NCBI RefSeq assembly: GCF_009914755.1
Contig: NC_060925.1
Reading direction: 5' to 3' (one strand)
DNA length: 64,000 bases
Source: the human T2T-CHM13v2.0 reference genome, Homo sapiens
Each line of letters begins with the position of its first letter. Within the stretch, counting starts at the first letter, position 1. This document shows positions 50,431 to 64,000 of the stretch, in pieces. The translations under genes were made by a program, and so were the position numbers. The notes beneath the pieces were generated by a model that had not been told where the DNA came from, did not search any database, and was given only the letters and a program-made list of their open reading frames with translations.

Positions 50431-51354
50431 TTCAATTTGGTTTTGAATAGTGGGAATGTGAGGCCCAGGGAAGTGAAGTGACTTCCTTTTGATCACACAG
50501 CAAGTGAGGAAATGTGGGTAAGAGATGGAGAGTAGTGGCAATTCTCAATCCTGAACCTGCTTTTTAAACTGAGACTGGACTCTGTTCACTTCATGTAAGC
50601 CTCAGGACCGCTCTTTGAGGGGAGATCTATTTATTTGTTTGCTTGCTTCCATTTTATAGGTGAAGAGACAGTTGGGGAGATAGGTTTAAGGAGGGAAGGG
50701 ACCTGCCCAGGGTCTTACAACTTGTAGGTGGTGTACGGAGTTTGACGCCGAGCTTAGTGCTCCTCCCACTGTGCACATTTCCTGTGGCTGGCTGGAAGTT
50801 AGAGCTAAAGGTTCATTTTCAGTGAATCAACATTTCCACCCTCATGGTTATGGTACATTACAGAGAGAAAATTTCCATGCTTTCATAGGGTGAACTGTAT
50901 GTTTATTAATAACTGTTCCTCAATTGCTTCAATTTTCACATTATTAAAAAGCTAAAGCTTGTCTCACTTGTCATTTTCTTCTCCCTGCTTGGAATGGATT
51001 TTTTAAACTGGGGCTGGAACTGAGAAATGAAAAGGATTTAGGTTTGGTGCCCTCTGTGCTTGCCAGACAGTTCCGTGCCCCAGGCTTTTTTCTGTTGGCA
51101 TTTCAAAAAAGAGTAGTTCCTACCTCGCCTTGGGTAAGGAGACAATTTGAGAGCAGGAGACTCACTCTGATTCCAGCATCCCAGAAGAGTCCCGTATCCA
51201 GTTTCATTGCTAAAAGGTGTTAGAGATGATTTTTAGTTCAAGGCTGCTTGTGTCAGAAAGGAAAAACTGACGGATAGCTTTCAGAATTTAGCTTTTATGA
51301 GAGGCCTTAAGTCTATCCCAGGCTAAAGCTTCCTTCTTTAGCCCTAGAGGCAAA

Positions 51355-51510
51355 TAGAAAAAAAGACGAAAGCAAGGTAAAGAAGGAAGAAGAGAAAATA
51401 AAATGGAAGAAAGAGAAAGACAAGAAAACAAAAAGAGAAATGAAGAAAAGAGGAAAACAACTGGAGAGAGAGAGGGAAATATGAGAAAGGCTACAGAGGG
51501 AAAAAAGGAC
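51355..51510. repeat. GA-rich low-complexity tract
   Basis: aagaaggaagaagagaaaataaaatggaagaaagagaaagacaag... Confidence 0.75.
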
Positions 51511-52634
51511 TTGAAACTATGTAGTTTATTTTGCTTCCATGGTGTTTGTTATAGATTATCCTAGACTAGCTGCAAGAGAGCAGAGTAATTGGACCAAGCT
51601 AATTAGATCTTTATTTGATTTTGTGTTTGTTTGTTTGACTACTTAATTTATAACTTGGCAGGGAGCTTTATCGTATATACTCTGCTAAACGGTTTATCTA
51701 AACTGAGATTGAGCATGAGCAAAATTGACATTGGATTTGCTGCAATCAGACCACACAGAAGAGAGGAGAAAGTTCTTTTAAGTAAACATTGATGTCAAGG
51801 TGCAGTAGCAGACCTGACAGGGAGCTTGAGGGGACCGTAGAGTTGATAAACACTGGCTGGGCTGAGAGAACATAGGTGAGCCTCCAGGAGCAGGGTGGTA
51901 CCCTTCTACGAATTTGGAGTTGGCACCCAGACAGATCTGAGTTTAATTCTTGGCTTGGCTACTGCCTACTTTTTTTTGTTTTCTCTGAGCCTCAGTATTG
52001 CCACTTATAAAATGGGAAAATAGTGCTTCCCTTATAGGACAGAGACAAGGATGAAATGAAACAGCAGGGAAGATGCTTAACATAGATATGGCTTTGGGAA
52101 AGGCTTGATTCCCCTTTACCTCCTTGCATGTGAAATGCTAACTGGGAAGGCCTGGCAGAGCACATTTATGTTGCAGAAGAAAACTGATACCAAGGTTATA
52201 AACTATGTCTCAACCACTTATTCACCCTAGTTTCCATTAGAATCCAATTCTGGGGCTTGATCAAGGTCCCTTTTCTTCCTGGGTTCAGAGCAATGACTTG
52301 TAATGCTGAGTGTTTGCAGTGCCTGTAATGTGTACTCTCTCATTTTGGGGTTCTCTGTTGAGGTGCCCTGCTCTGGTTATCTCTCTGACCTGCTCTCATC
52401 AGGCCTCTGGCTTCTGTTCAGGCATTACCTTCTCTGGGTCTCTCCTTCTGCAGAAACTATGCTTTGTGCCCCTCATTGGTGCTCATTTGGCATTCTCTAC
52501 AATTATTCCTGGAAACATGCTTTTCTGTATATCATGCTCTTCTGTGTATATCCATTTATTTGTCTGTTGGAATGCAAGCTGCTTGAGTTCGGGAACTTGA
52601 TTTCCATTGCTGGGTCTCCAGTTCCTAATACAAT

Positions 52635-52815
52635 CCCTAGTTGTGTGACTATGGGCAAGTCACTTAATCTCTTGTAGCCTCAATTTCCTCATCTGTAATA
52701 GGAGATAATTATATCACTGAACAGTACTTAAGGGCTAATTGGCTTAATACATGTAAAGCTCTTAGTACTGTTCCTGGTTCATAGTAAATGCTAAATAAAT
52801 ATTAGCTACTATAAA
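52635..52815 (+). mobile_element. MIR inserted in an L2 3' end
   Basis: ctagttgtgtgactatgggcaagtcacttaatctcttgtagcctcaatttcctcatctgtaa...aatacatgtaaagctcttag. Confidence 0.9.
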
Positions 52816-53099
52816 TGTTATTTTGAATGATTGTATGAATGAATAAATGTAGGAATAAGACATGTTCCCTCCTATTGAGGAGTTTGGTCTAGTGGAGGGA
52901 ACATACATAAACAACTCACAATGAAACAATGTGATATTAAATTAGAAATCCATTTTTAAAAAGTATTTAACAGTGTAAAGTGTTTCCTTTTCACCACATC
53001 CATGCCAACCTCTATTATTTTTTGATTTTTAAATTATGGCCATTCTTGCAGGAGTAAGAAGGTATCTCATTGTGGTTTTAGTTTGCATTTCCCTGATAA

Positions 53100-53490
<391 letters not shown>

Positions 53491-54053
53491 CTTTGCCCAC
53501 TGTTTAATGAGGTTATTTGTTTTTTTTCTTGCTGATTTGTTTGAGTTTCTTACACATTCTGGATATTAGTCCTTTGTCAGGTGGATAGTTTGTTAATGTT
53601 TTCTCCCACTATGTGGGTTGTCTGTTTACTCTGCTGATAATTCCTTTTGCTGTGCAGAAGATTTTTAGATTAATTGGGTATAATTTATTTATTTTTGTTT
53701 TCGTTGCATTTGCTTTTTGGGTTTTAGTCATAAATTCTTTGCCTAACCCAATGTCTAGAACAGTTTATTCAATGTTATCTTCTAGAATTTGTATGGTTTC
53801 AGGTCTCAGATTTAAGTCTTTGATCTGTCTTGAGTTGATTTTTGTATAAGGTGAGAGATGAGGTTCCAGTTTCATTCTTCTACAGTTTCATTCTTCTACA
53901 AGTGGCTTGCCACTTTTCCTAGAACCATTTATTGAATAGGGCGTCCTTTCCCCAGTTTATGTTTTTGTATGCTTTGTTGAAGATCAGTTGTCTGTAAGTA
54001 TTTCACTTTATTTCTGGGTTCTCTATTCTGTTCCATTGGTCTATGTGCCCATT

Positions 54054-54308
54054 TTAATACCAGTACCATGCTGTTTTGGTAAGTATAGCCTTGTAGTATA
54101 ATTTGAAGTCAAATAATGTGATGCCTCCAAATTTGTTCTTTCTGCTTAGTCTTGCTTTGGCTATGTGGGTGCTTTTGTGGTTCCATATGCATTTTAAGAT
54201 TATTTTTTCTAGTTCTGTGATGAACGATGGTAGTTTGATGGGAATTGCATTGAATCTGTAGATTGCTTTGGGCAGTATGGTTATTTTCACAATATTGATT
54301 CTACCCAT
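54054..54308 (-). pseudogene. Decayed LINE-1 ORF2p fragment
   Basis: [24 protein letters not shown]...KTAWYWY is recognisable L1 ORF2p sequence; the surrounding frame is disrupted. Confidence 0.9.
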
Positions 54309-54814
54309 CCATGAGCATGGGATGTGTTTCCATTTGTTTGTGTCATCTTTAATTTCTGGTGGGAGTATAAACTAGTACAACTACTATGGAAAACAGTATG
54401 GAGATTCCTTAAATAACTAAAAGTAGAACTACCATTCAATCCAGTAATCCTGCTACTGGTTATCTACCCAAACGAAAAGAAGTCATTATATGAAAAAGAC
54501 ATGCACACTCATGTTTATAGCAGCACAATTTGCAATTGCAAAGATATGAAACCAGCCTAAGTATCCATCAACCAACGAGTAGATTAAGAAAATATACTAT
54601 ATATATATATACGGTATATATATATATAGTATATATATATGGTGTATATATACATAGTATTTATATGGTGTATATATATAATAGATATATATGGCGTATA
54701 TATATAGTATATATGGTACATATACATGGTATATATATGGCACATATACATGGTATATATATGGTACATATACATGGTATATATACGGTACATACACATG
54801 GTATACATATATGC

Positions 54815-55020
54815 TACATATACATGGTATACATATACGGTACATATATACATGGTATACATATACGGTACATATATACATGGTATACATATACGGTACA
54901 TATATACATGGTATACACATACGGTACATATATACATGGTATACACATAGGGTACATATATACATGGTATACATATACAGTACATATATACACCATATAC
55001 ATATACAGTACATATATACA
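54815..55020. repeat. 28-bp minisatellite TACATATATACATGGTATACATATACGG
   Basis: About 7 near-identical units. Confidence 0.85.
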
Positions 55021-55050
55021 TGGTATCTATGTAATGTATATGTATACGGT

Positions 55051-55470
55051 GTGTGTATATACGGTGTATATATACACGGTGTGTGTATATACGGTGTATA
55101 TATACACGGTGTGTGTATATACGGTGTATATATACACGGTGTGTGTATATACGGTGTATATATACACGGTGTGTGTATATACGGTGTATATATACACGGT
55201 GTGTGTATATACGGTGTATATATACACGGTGTGTGTATATACGGTGTATATATACACGGTGTGTGTATATACGGTGTATATATACACGGTGTGTGTATAT
55301 ACGGTGTATATATACACGGTGTGTGTATATACGGTGTATATATACACGGTGTGTGTATATACGGTGTATATATACACGGTGTGTGTATATACGGTGTATA
55401 TATACACGGTGTGTGTATATACGGTGTATATATACACGGTGTGTGTATATACGGTGTATATATACACGGT
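55051..55470. repeat. 30-bp minisatellite GTGTGTATATACGGTGTATATATACACGGT, 14 perfect copies
   Basis: Identical units counted directly. Confidence 0.98.
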
Positions 55471-56464
55471 GTGTGTATATATGGTGTACATATGGTGTGT
55501 ATATACATGGTTATATATATGGTGTACATGTATATGGTGTATATATATGGTGTACATATATGGTGTATATATATGGTGTGTATATATGCTATGTATATAT
55601 GGTGTGTATATAGGGTATATATATGGTGTATATGTATGTTATATACATATGGTGTATATGTATGTTATATATATGGGGTATATATGTAATATATAGTGAT
55701 ATATATGTTTTATATATGGTATATATACGTTATATATGGTATATATGGTGTATATATGGTGTATATATGGTATATATATGGTATATATAAGGTATATATA
55801 CGGTATATATATGGTATATGGTATACCATATACGGTATATATATGGTATATGGTATACCATATATGGTATGTATATGGTATACCATATATGGTATGTATA
55901 TGGTATATATATGGTATATGGTATACCATATATGATGTATATATTGTATATATATGGTATGTATATATATGTTATATGTCTATGGTATGTATATATATGG
56001 TATATATATGATATGTATATATGGTGTATATATGGTATGTATATATGGTATATATATGTATATATGGTATACATATATGGTACACATATAAGGTATACAT
56101 ATATGGTACACATATAAGGTATACATATATGGCACACATATAAGGTATACATATATGGTACACATATATGGTACATATACATGGCACACATATATGGTAC
56201 ATATACGTGGCAAACATATATGGTACATATACATGATACACAAATACATGTTACACATACATGATACATATATACATGGTACACAAACATGGTACATATA
56301 CACATGGTACAGGTATAGGGTACATATAAACATGGTACACGAATAGGGTACATATACACATGGTACAGGTATAGGGTACATATACTTGTTATATATATGG
56401 TACATATATACGGTATATATATGGTACATACATACGGTATATATGTACATACATACGGTAAATA

Positions 56465-56745
56465 TATGGTACGTACATACGGTATAGATATGGTACGTAT
56501 ATATGGTATATATATGGTACGTATATACGGTATATATATGGTACGTATATACGGTATATATATGGTACGTATATACGGTATATATATGGTACGTATATAC
56601 GGTATATATATGGTACGTATATACGGTATATATATGGTACGTATATACGGTATATATATGGTACGTATATACGGTATATATATGGTACGTATATACGGTA
56701 TATATATGGTACGTATATATGGAATATATATGGTACGTATATATG
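56465..56745. repeat. 24-bp minisatellite GTATATACGGTATATATATGGTAC, ~11 copies
   Basis: Seen directly; gives the YIRTIYIP repeat in the ORF track. Confidence 0.95.
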
Positions 56746-58351
56746 GTATATATATGGTATATACATATAGTATATATATGGTTTGTATATATGGTGCATA
56801 TATATGGTGTATATATATGGGTGTATATATATGGCATATACATGGTGTATATATATGATATATAAATATGGTGTGTATATATATGGTACATATATGGTAT
56901 ATGTATGGTGTATATATGTATCGTATATATGGTATATATACCGTATATATATGGTGTATATATACGGTGTATATATATATGGTGTATATATTTATGGCAT
57001 ATACATAGTATATATATGGAATATATGTTGTGTATATATATGGTATATGTATGGTATACATATAGTATATATGGGGTACATATATGGTATATATATGGGT
57101 TATATATATGATATATATTATATATGTATATGGTATATATATGGTATATATATTATACATGCATATGGTATGTATATGGTATATATATGATATATACATA
57201 TGGTGTATATATATGTTATATATGATATATATAAGGTATATATATGGTATATATAAGGTATATATAGTATATATATGGTATATATAAGGTATATATTGTA
57301 TATATATGGTATATATAAGGTATATATATTGTATATATGGTATATATATGGTTTATATATATGGTGTGTATATATGGTGTTTATATACACACTTTATATA
57401 CTATATATTATATACACACTATATATAATATATATTATATATAGTTAAATATATGGTATATGCAATTAGATATATGGTATATGTAATTATATATATGGTA
57501 TATAGATGGTGTATATATGGTATATATAGCATATAGTATATATACACACTATAGGTAATATACTACATATTATATACACACTATAAATAAAATATATAAT
57601 ATATAATATTTTCTATATAGTATATATTATATATTGTATATACTATATATAATATATACTATAGACAGTAGATACTTTATATACTATAGACAGTATATAC
57701 TATATACTGTATACACTATAGACAGTATATACTATATACTGTATACAGTATATGTAGTGTATATGTAGTGTATATAATATATAGTATATATTATCTATAC
57801 TATATACAGTATATATAGTGTATACATAATATATATTATATATTATATATACTATATACAGTATACATAGTGTATATGTAGTGTATAATATATATAATGT
57901 GTATATAAAATATATATACTATATATAATATATATTATATATAATATATACACTATATATACTATAGATACACTATATATTCACTATATATACTATATAT
58001 ACTATATAGTATATATGTTATACTATATAGTATATATGTAGTATACATATTGCATCCTCATAGCTTAGCTCCCATTTATAAGTGAGAACATACAATATTT
58101 GGTTTTCCATTTCTGAGTTACTTCACTTAGAATAATGGCCCCCAGCTCCATCCAAGTTGTTGCAAAGACATGACTTCATTCTTCTTCATGGCCGAATAGT
58201 ATTCCATTTTATATATATACACAATAAATACTATATATTATATACATTATATATAGTATATACTATATGTTATATACATAAGATATAGTATATACCATAT
58301 ATTATATACATTATATATAGTGTATACTATATATAATGTATATAATATATA

Positions 58352-58502
58352 GTATATATACACTATATATACTATGTATATATACACTATATATACTATG
58401 TATATATACACTATATATACTATGTATATATACACTATATATACTATGTATATATACACTATATATACTATGTATATATACACTATATATACTATGTATA
58501 TA
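58352..58502. repeat. 24-bp minisatellite TATATACACTATATATACTATGTA
   Basis: About 6 copies. Confidence 0.9.
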
Positions 58503-58696
58503 TAGTGTATATATACTGTATATGTTATAGTGTATATATAGTATACATATAGTATAGACGTATACCGTACCATGGTATAGTATAGACGTATACTGTACCA
58601 TGCTATAGTATAGATGTATACTGCACCATGCTATACTATAGACGTATGCTGTACCATGGTATAGTATAGACGTATGCTGTACCATGGTATAGTATA

Positions 58697-58737
<41 letters not shown>

Positions 58738-59239
58738 GGCTCCATCCAAGTTGTTGCAAAAGACATTACTTCATTCTTTTTTATGGCTGAGTAGTATTCC
58801 ATTTTATATATATAGTACATAGTGTTTATAATATATATCATATATGTATATACTGTATATATAGTATATTCTATGTATTATATAGTCTATATTATATACA
58901 GTCTATATAATATATAGTATATACTATATATACTTTTCCTCATTCTGACTATATACTATATATATACTATATATAGTATATGTAGTGTATATATACACCA
59001 TATATACTATATATAGTATACATACCATATATAGTATACTATACATACCATATATAGTATACATACCGTATATAGTATACTATACTTACCATATATAGTA
59101 TACATACCATATATAGTATACTATATATACTATATATAGTATACTATATAGTATATAGTATACTATATATAGTATATATAGTATACTATATAGTATATAG
59201 TATACATACTATATATAGTATACTATATAGCATATAGTA

Positions 59240-59605
59240 TACATACTATATATAGTATAGTATATATAGTATACATACTATATATAGTATAGTATATATA
59301 GTATACATACTATATATAGTATAGTATATATAGTATACATACTATATATAGTATAGTATATATAGTATACATACTATATATAGTATAGTATATATAGTAT
59401 ACATACTATATATAGTATAGTATATATAGTATACATACTATATATAGTATAGTATATATAGTATACATACTATATATAGTATAGTATATATAGTATACAT
59501 ACTATATATAGTATAGTATATATAGTATACATACTATATATAGTATAGTATATATAGTATACATACTATATATAGTATAGTATATATAGTATACATACTA
59601 TATAT
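59240..59605. repeat. 32-bp minisatellite TATATATAGTATAGTATATATAGTATACATAC at the palindrome centre
   Basis: About 11 copies. Confidence 0.92.
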
Positions 59606-59901
59606 AATATATCTGGTGTATATATACACTATATATACTATATATACTATATATAGTATATGTACACTATTTATAGTATTTATAGTATATATACTGTATA
59701 TATAGTATGTAGTATATATACTATATATTATGTAGACTATATATAATATAGACTATGTGTAGAGTATATATACTATATATAATATACATATATAATATAT
59801 ATAATATATAAGTAGTATATACTCTATATTTATATGAAATGGAATACTACTCAGCCATAAAAAAGAATGAAGTAATGTCTTTTGCAACAACTTGGATGGA
59901 G

Positions 59902-59941
<40 letters not shown>

Positions 59942-60004
59942 TCTACATATATACGTCTATACTATACCATGGTATAGTATGCGTCTATACTATAGTATAG
60001 ATAC

Positions 60005-60425
60005 ATGTATACATCTATACATGTATAGTATACATGTATACATCTATACATGTATAGTATACATGTATACATCTATACATGTATAGTATACATGTATACA
60101 TCTATACATGTATAGTATACATGTATACATCTATACATGTATAGTATACATGTATACATCTATACATGTATAGTATACATCTATACATCTATACATGTAT
60201 AGTATACATCTATACATCTATACATGTATAGTATACATCTATACATCTATACATGTATAGTATACATCTATACATCTATACATGTATAGTATACATCTAT
60301 ACATCTATACATGTATAGTATACATCTATACATCTATACATGTATAGTATACATCTATACATCTATACATGTATAGTATACATCTATACATCTATACATG
60401 TATAGTATACATCTATACATCTATA
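60005..60425. repeat. 29-bp minisatellite TAGTATACAT(G/C)TATACATCTATACATGTA
   Basis: About 14 copies; a G-variant block is followed by a C-variant block from ~60170. Confidence 0.92.
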
Positions 60426-61353
60426 GTATACGTGTATACTATAGTATAGATACATGCATACATGTATACATGTATACATGGTATACTATACATCTATACT
60501 ATAGTACAGATACATGTATACATGTATAGTATAGATACATGTATACATGGTATAGTATACATCTATAGTATAGATACATGTATACATGTATACATGTATA
60601 CTAATAGATACGTGTATACATGTAGAATATAGTATAGATACATGTATACCATGGTATAGTATACATCTATACTATTCCATGGTATAGTATACATCTATAC
60701 TATATCATGGTATAGTATACATCTATACTATATGTATAGTATGTATATATACATACATATGTACTATATGTATATATATACTGTACCATATACAGTATAT
60801 ATACACCATATGTGTACATAGTATATATAGTATATATTATATAATATATACTGTATATAATATATATTATATACTATATATAATGTATATAATATATATT
60901 ATATACTATATAATGTATATAATATATAGTATATACTATATAATGTATATAATATATAGTATATGCTATATATAATGTATATAATACATAGTACATACTA
61001 CATATTATGTATATATTATATAGTATATACTGTATATATATGTAAAATGGAATACTACTCATTCATAAAGAAAAATGAAGTAATCTCTTTGCAACGACTT
61101 GGATGGAGCTGGGGGCCATTATTCTAAGTGAAGTTAACTCAGAAATGGAAAACCAAATATTGTATGTTCTCACTTATAAGTGGGAGCTAAGCTATGAGGA
61201 TGCAAAGGCATAAGAATAATATAATGGACCTTTGGCACTCACAGGGGAAGGTTGAGAGAGGGGTGAGTGATAAAAGATTACATGTTGGGTACAATGTACA
61301 CTGCTCAGGTGACATGTGCACCAAAATCTCAGAAATCACAACTAAAGAAATTA

Positions 61354-61765
<412 letters not shown>

Positions 61766-61820
61766 TTATTTAAAATTGGACCATTAAGGTAAGATTGAAA
61801 AGTTAAGAAGCTTGAAATTG

Positions 61821-61872
61821 GTGTGTGTGTGTGTGTGTGTGTGTGTCTGTGTGTGTGTGTGTGTCTGTGTGT
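61821..61872. repeat. (GT)n microsatellite with CT interruptions
   Basis: Seen directly. Confidence 0.93.
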
Positions 61873-62094
61873 TGGAGAGAAGGAGAGAGAGGGATAGTAT
61901 ATAGTGAGAATGAGGAAAAGAAGGGATAGAAAGTATAATACCAAGCACTTAGGTTACAAGGAGCTGTGAATGAGAATTCTCCAATTTGCTGTGAGTTTCC
62001 TAGCCAGGAAAGCAGAAAGTTAGGCTAATTTTATGTTAAAAAATCTTTGATCCTAGTAGTGATATATTATCCTGGGTGATTTTTCTTCTTACAG

Positions 62095-62296
62095 TGATGA
62101 CACTGGCATTATGGGAGGGATAATTCTTTATTGGGTGAGACTATTTCACATACTGCAGGACATGGAGCTTCCCTGGCCTCTCTACTTGCTAAGTGCTAGT
62201 TGTATCCTCCAGGCACAACTGGACAATCAAAAAATGCCCTCATGCTTTGACAAATGCCCCTTAGGGGACAGTGTGGCCCCTAGTTGAGAACCACTG
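62095..62296. mobile_element. MER20 (hAT-Charlie)
   Basis: gataattcttt...tccctggcctctctacttgctaagtgctag...acaatcaaaaaatg...caaatgcccctt...gttgagaaccactg. Confidence 0.8.
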
Positions 62297-63139
62297 AACC
62301 TAACCCATTTGGTTTCAACAAAAGAGAATGTCAAGATTCAGAGAGTATTGTAGCTAACTGTTCAGGATCACACAAATCGTAAATGTCACAGCCAGATCCA
62401 AAATTCAGGTTTCTTGCCTCTAGTTTGGTTTCTATTAATGTTCCATTTCTCAGTGTTTATTTTGTTTTTAATAGACAGTTGATTTTACTTTATCAGCCAC
62501 ATACTGAAGCAAACCCACCTTTTGTGTTTGAAGATTATGCTTTAACTTTCCAATCTGTAAACCATTATCTTGTATGGAGAGACACTGGAAAAAGTTTTCC
62601 AGTTATCTCTTGGGCAGAAACCAGAGGGCCGCAGTACTCTTGGAAGCTTGAAAAGTTCTGAGTGAGAAGTCAGGATGCCTGATTTCCTCTACCTAGACTG
62701 TGCCAACGTGATATCTTGAGATTTCCCAGGCCAGCTTGACTCAATGATTCTAAGAATTTAGACAGAAAAGCCCAGGCTCTTCCTTCCTTGGCTGCATTAA
62801 TGAAGGAGTGGCTGAGTGTCTCAGCCTGTGTGTTGCTATCATGACGTTCACTCAGTGTTGAGAAATGCCTTACAGATGCTGTGCTAGGTAAGGAGGAGCC
62901 AAATGTTTTCTAGCTCCCTTGGTCAGCACAGGATTGCCTGGGACCTTGGAGGAAAGAACTTTGCATTTATATCTGAAATATGACCTGAGCTTTTCTGTGT
63001 CTACAGCCTAAGTCTGTGTAACATTGATAGAATCTAATTCTCCCCTCAGAGCTTCACTCTGAGGGTACTGAACTCACATGGTTATTGGGGGTACTCTCTG
63101 ACATAATGGGAGAATTCTTTGCCTGTTTAAGGCCGTATA

Positions 63140-63430
63140 TTGTGGCAGAGAACACTAGTGCTTACCACAGGCCTGGTTTCCTCTTTTCTCAGGCACACAG
63201 CTAAGCCTCATCCCAGCCCTTTGCACTCATGGTAGAGCCAGTGGCAGGTGGGTAGTAGTGATGTATTCTCTTCTGCACAGTACTCGATCCTCTTTTTTTC
63301 TGTGGCTGCCTTGGAGGTCACATGGTGAAGATGGCAGTGCCACAAGATGGGAGGAATCTGAGCTCTGAATCACCGTGAAGAAGTCTGCTGGATGAACACT
63401 TGCTTGCACCGTGGAGTGGGCAAGAACTCT
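63140..63430 (+). mobile_element. MLT1J-like LTR fragment
   Basis: tgtggcagag...catcccagccctttgca...gaagatggcagtgccacaagatggg. Confidence 0.6.
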
Positions 63431-63724
63431 CAAATCTCAATGGCTTAACAACAAAGCTGTGCTTGTTATATAGATGATAGCCTCCCTTGACTAACAAAAT
63501 TGTTAATACAACTTAGCCGACTGTGAAAAAAGCACATGAATGAAGACTTCTCTCATCTTCCCATAGCTTTCTATCTCTATCCCTCTGCTGTTAGGAGTGA
63601 TTCTGAAAAGAATACTCAGAACTTACAGATAATTTTAATTTTTGTGTGTCTTTATCCAAGTGGTTCCAAAATCCACCCCACTCCCCAGCACCATTGCTGT
63701 TTAAAAGGCAAACAAACTTACTCT

Positions 63725-63872
63725 ATGTGACCTTAGGAAGGTCATCTTACAGATGAGGAAACTGGTGCTCAGAGAAGCCAGGTTATTAGGTTGTGGTGAA
63801 GATTAAATGAGATCATGAATATGAAGCAAGGAGCACAGTGGCTGGCACATACAAAGCGCTCAATAAATGTCA
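63725..63872. mobile_element. MIR fragments in both orientations
   Basis: ttacagatgaggaaactggtgctcagaga (-) followed by ggttgtggtgaagattaaatgaga...tggcacatacaaagcgctcaataaatg (+). Confidence 0.75.
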
Positions 63873-64000
63873 GTCCCAACATTCTTCATTCTCCCCGAAG
63901 AGCAGAAGACTTTGTTTGCTTCCTGTCAAAAGAATCACTGAGCACAGGGAGTGGTAGTTCAGGGGTGAGGTAAACAATTCCTGATCCTCTTATCCCAACT

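Larger units (their letters stand above)
54590..61043. repeat. ~6.4-kb compound AT-rich (TA-based) minisatellite array
   Basis: Lies between L1PB ...gattaagaaaat and aaaatggaatactactc..., where the consensus has only a short TA tract. Confidence 0.97.
58050..61205. repeat. ~3.15-kb nested imperfect AT-rich palindrome
   Basis: 58050-58210 is the reverse complement of 61044-61205; 58739-58804 is the reverse complement of 59837-59902; intervening TA-rich blocks also mirror. Confidence 0.92.

Noticed and set aside
55051-55470. Regular 30-bp repeats resembling a CRISPR array
   Set aside because: Head-to-tail with no unique spacers, no cas genes, primate DNA; it is a minisatellite.
54530-58841. 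Long Tyr/Ile/His/Val-rich ORFs (up to 489 aa) on both strands
   Set aside because: Artefacts of TA-based tandem repeats that lack stop codons in several frames at once; periodic low-complexity peptides with no gene context.

Overview
Non-coding primate genomic DNA, probably human or another ape: AluJ/AluS, THE1, L1PB and a short L1PA3-like insertion are present. I cannot support any protein-coding gene, structural RNA gene, CpG island or CRISPR array, and I cannot assign the locus. The window is dense with transposable-element relics: two THE1 proviruses in opposite orientation, solo MaLR/ERVL/ERV1 LTRs, a Zaphod hAT fossil, Tigger/MER58/MER20 elements, many L2 and MIR fragments, several L1s and Alus. 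Repeat family names come from my recall of consensus sequences, so subfamily calls are approximate. The most notable structure is a 5'-inverted L1PB (52971-61730) whose internal TA tract has expanded to ~6.4 kb of AT-rich minisatellites. This tract contains a ~3.15 kb nested imperfect palindrome (58050-61205) built from four copies of one L1 segment; the inner arms are identical over 66 bp and the outer arms are ~93% identical. Outside it I also found two long fold-back inverted repeats (14393-14504, 21620-21850), a 24-bp copy of nearby sequence inside an Alu, and a 66-bp duplication with mostly synonymous differences. These are DNA-structure and repair phenomena, not a new gene system.
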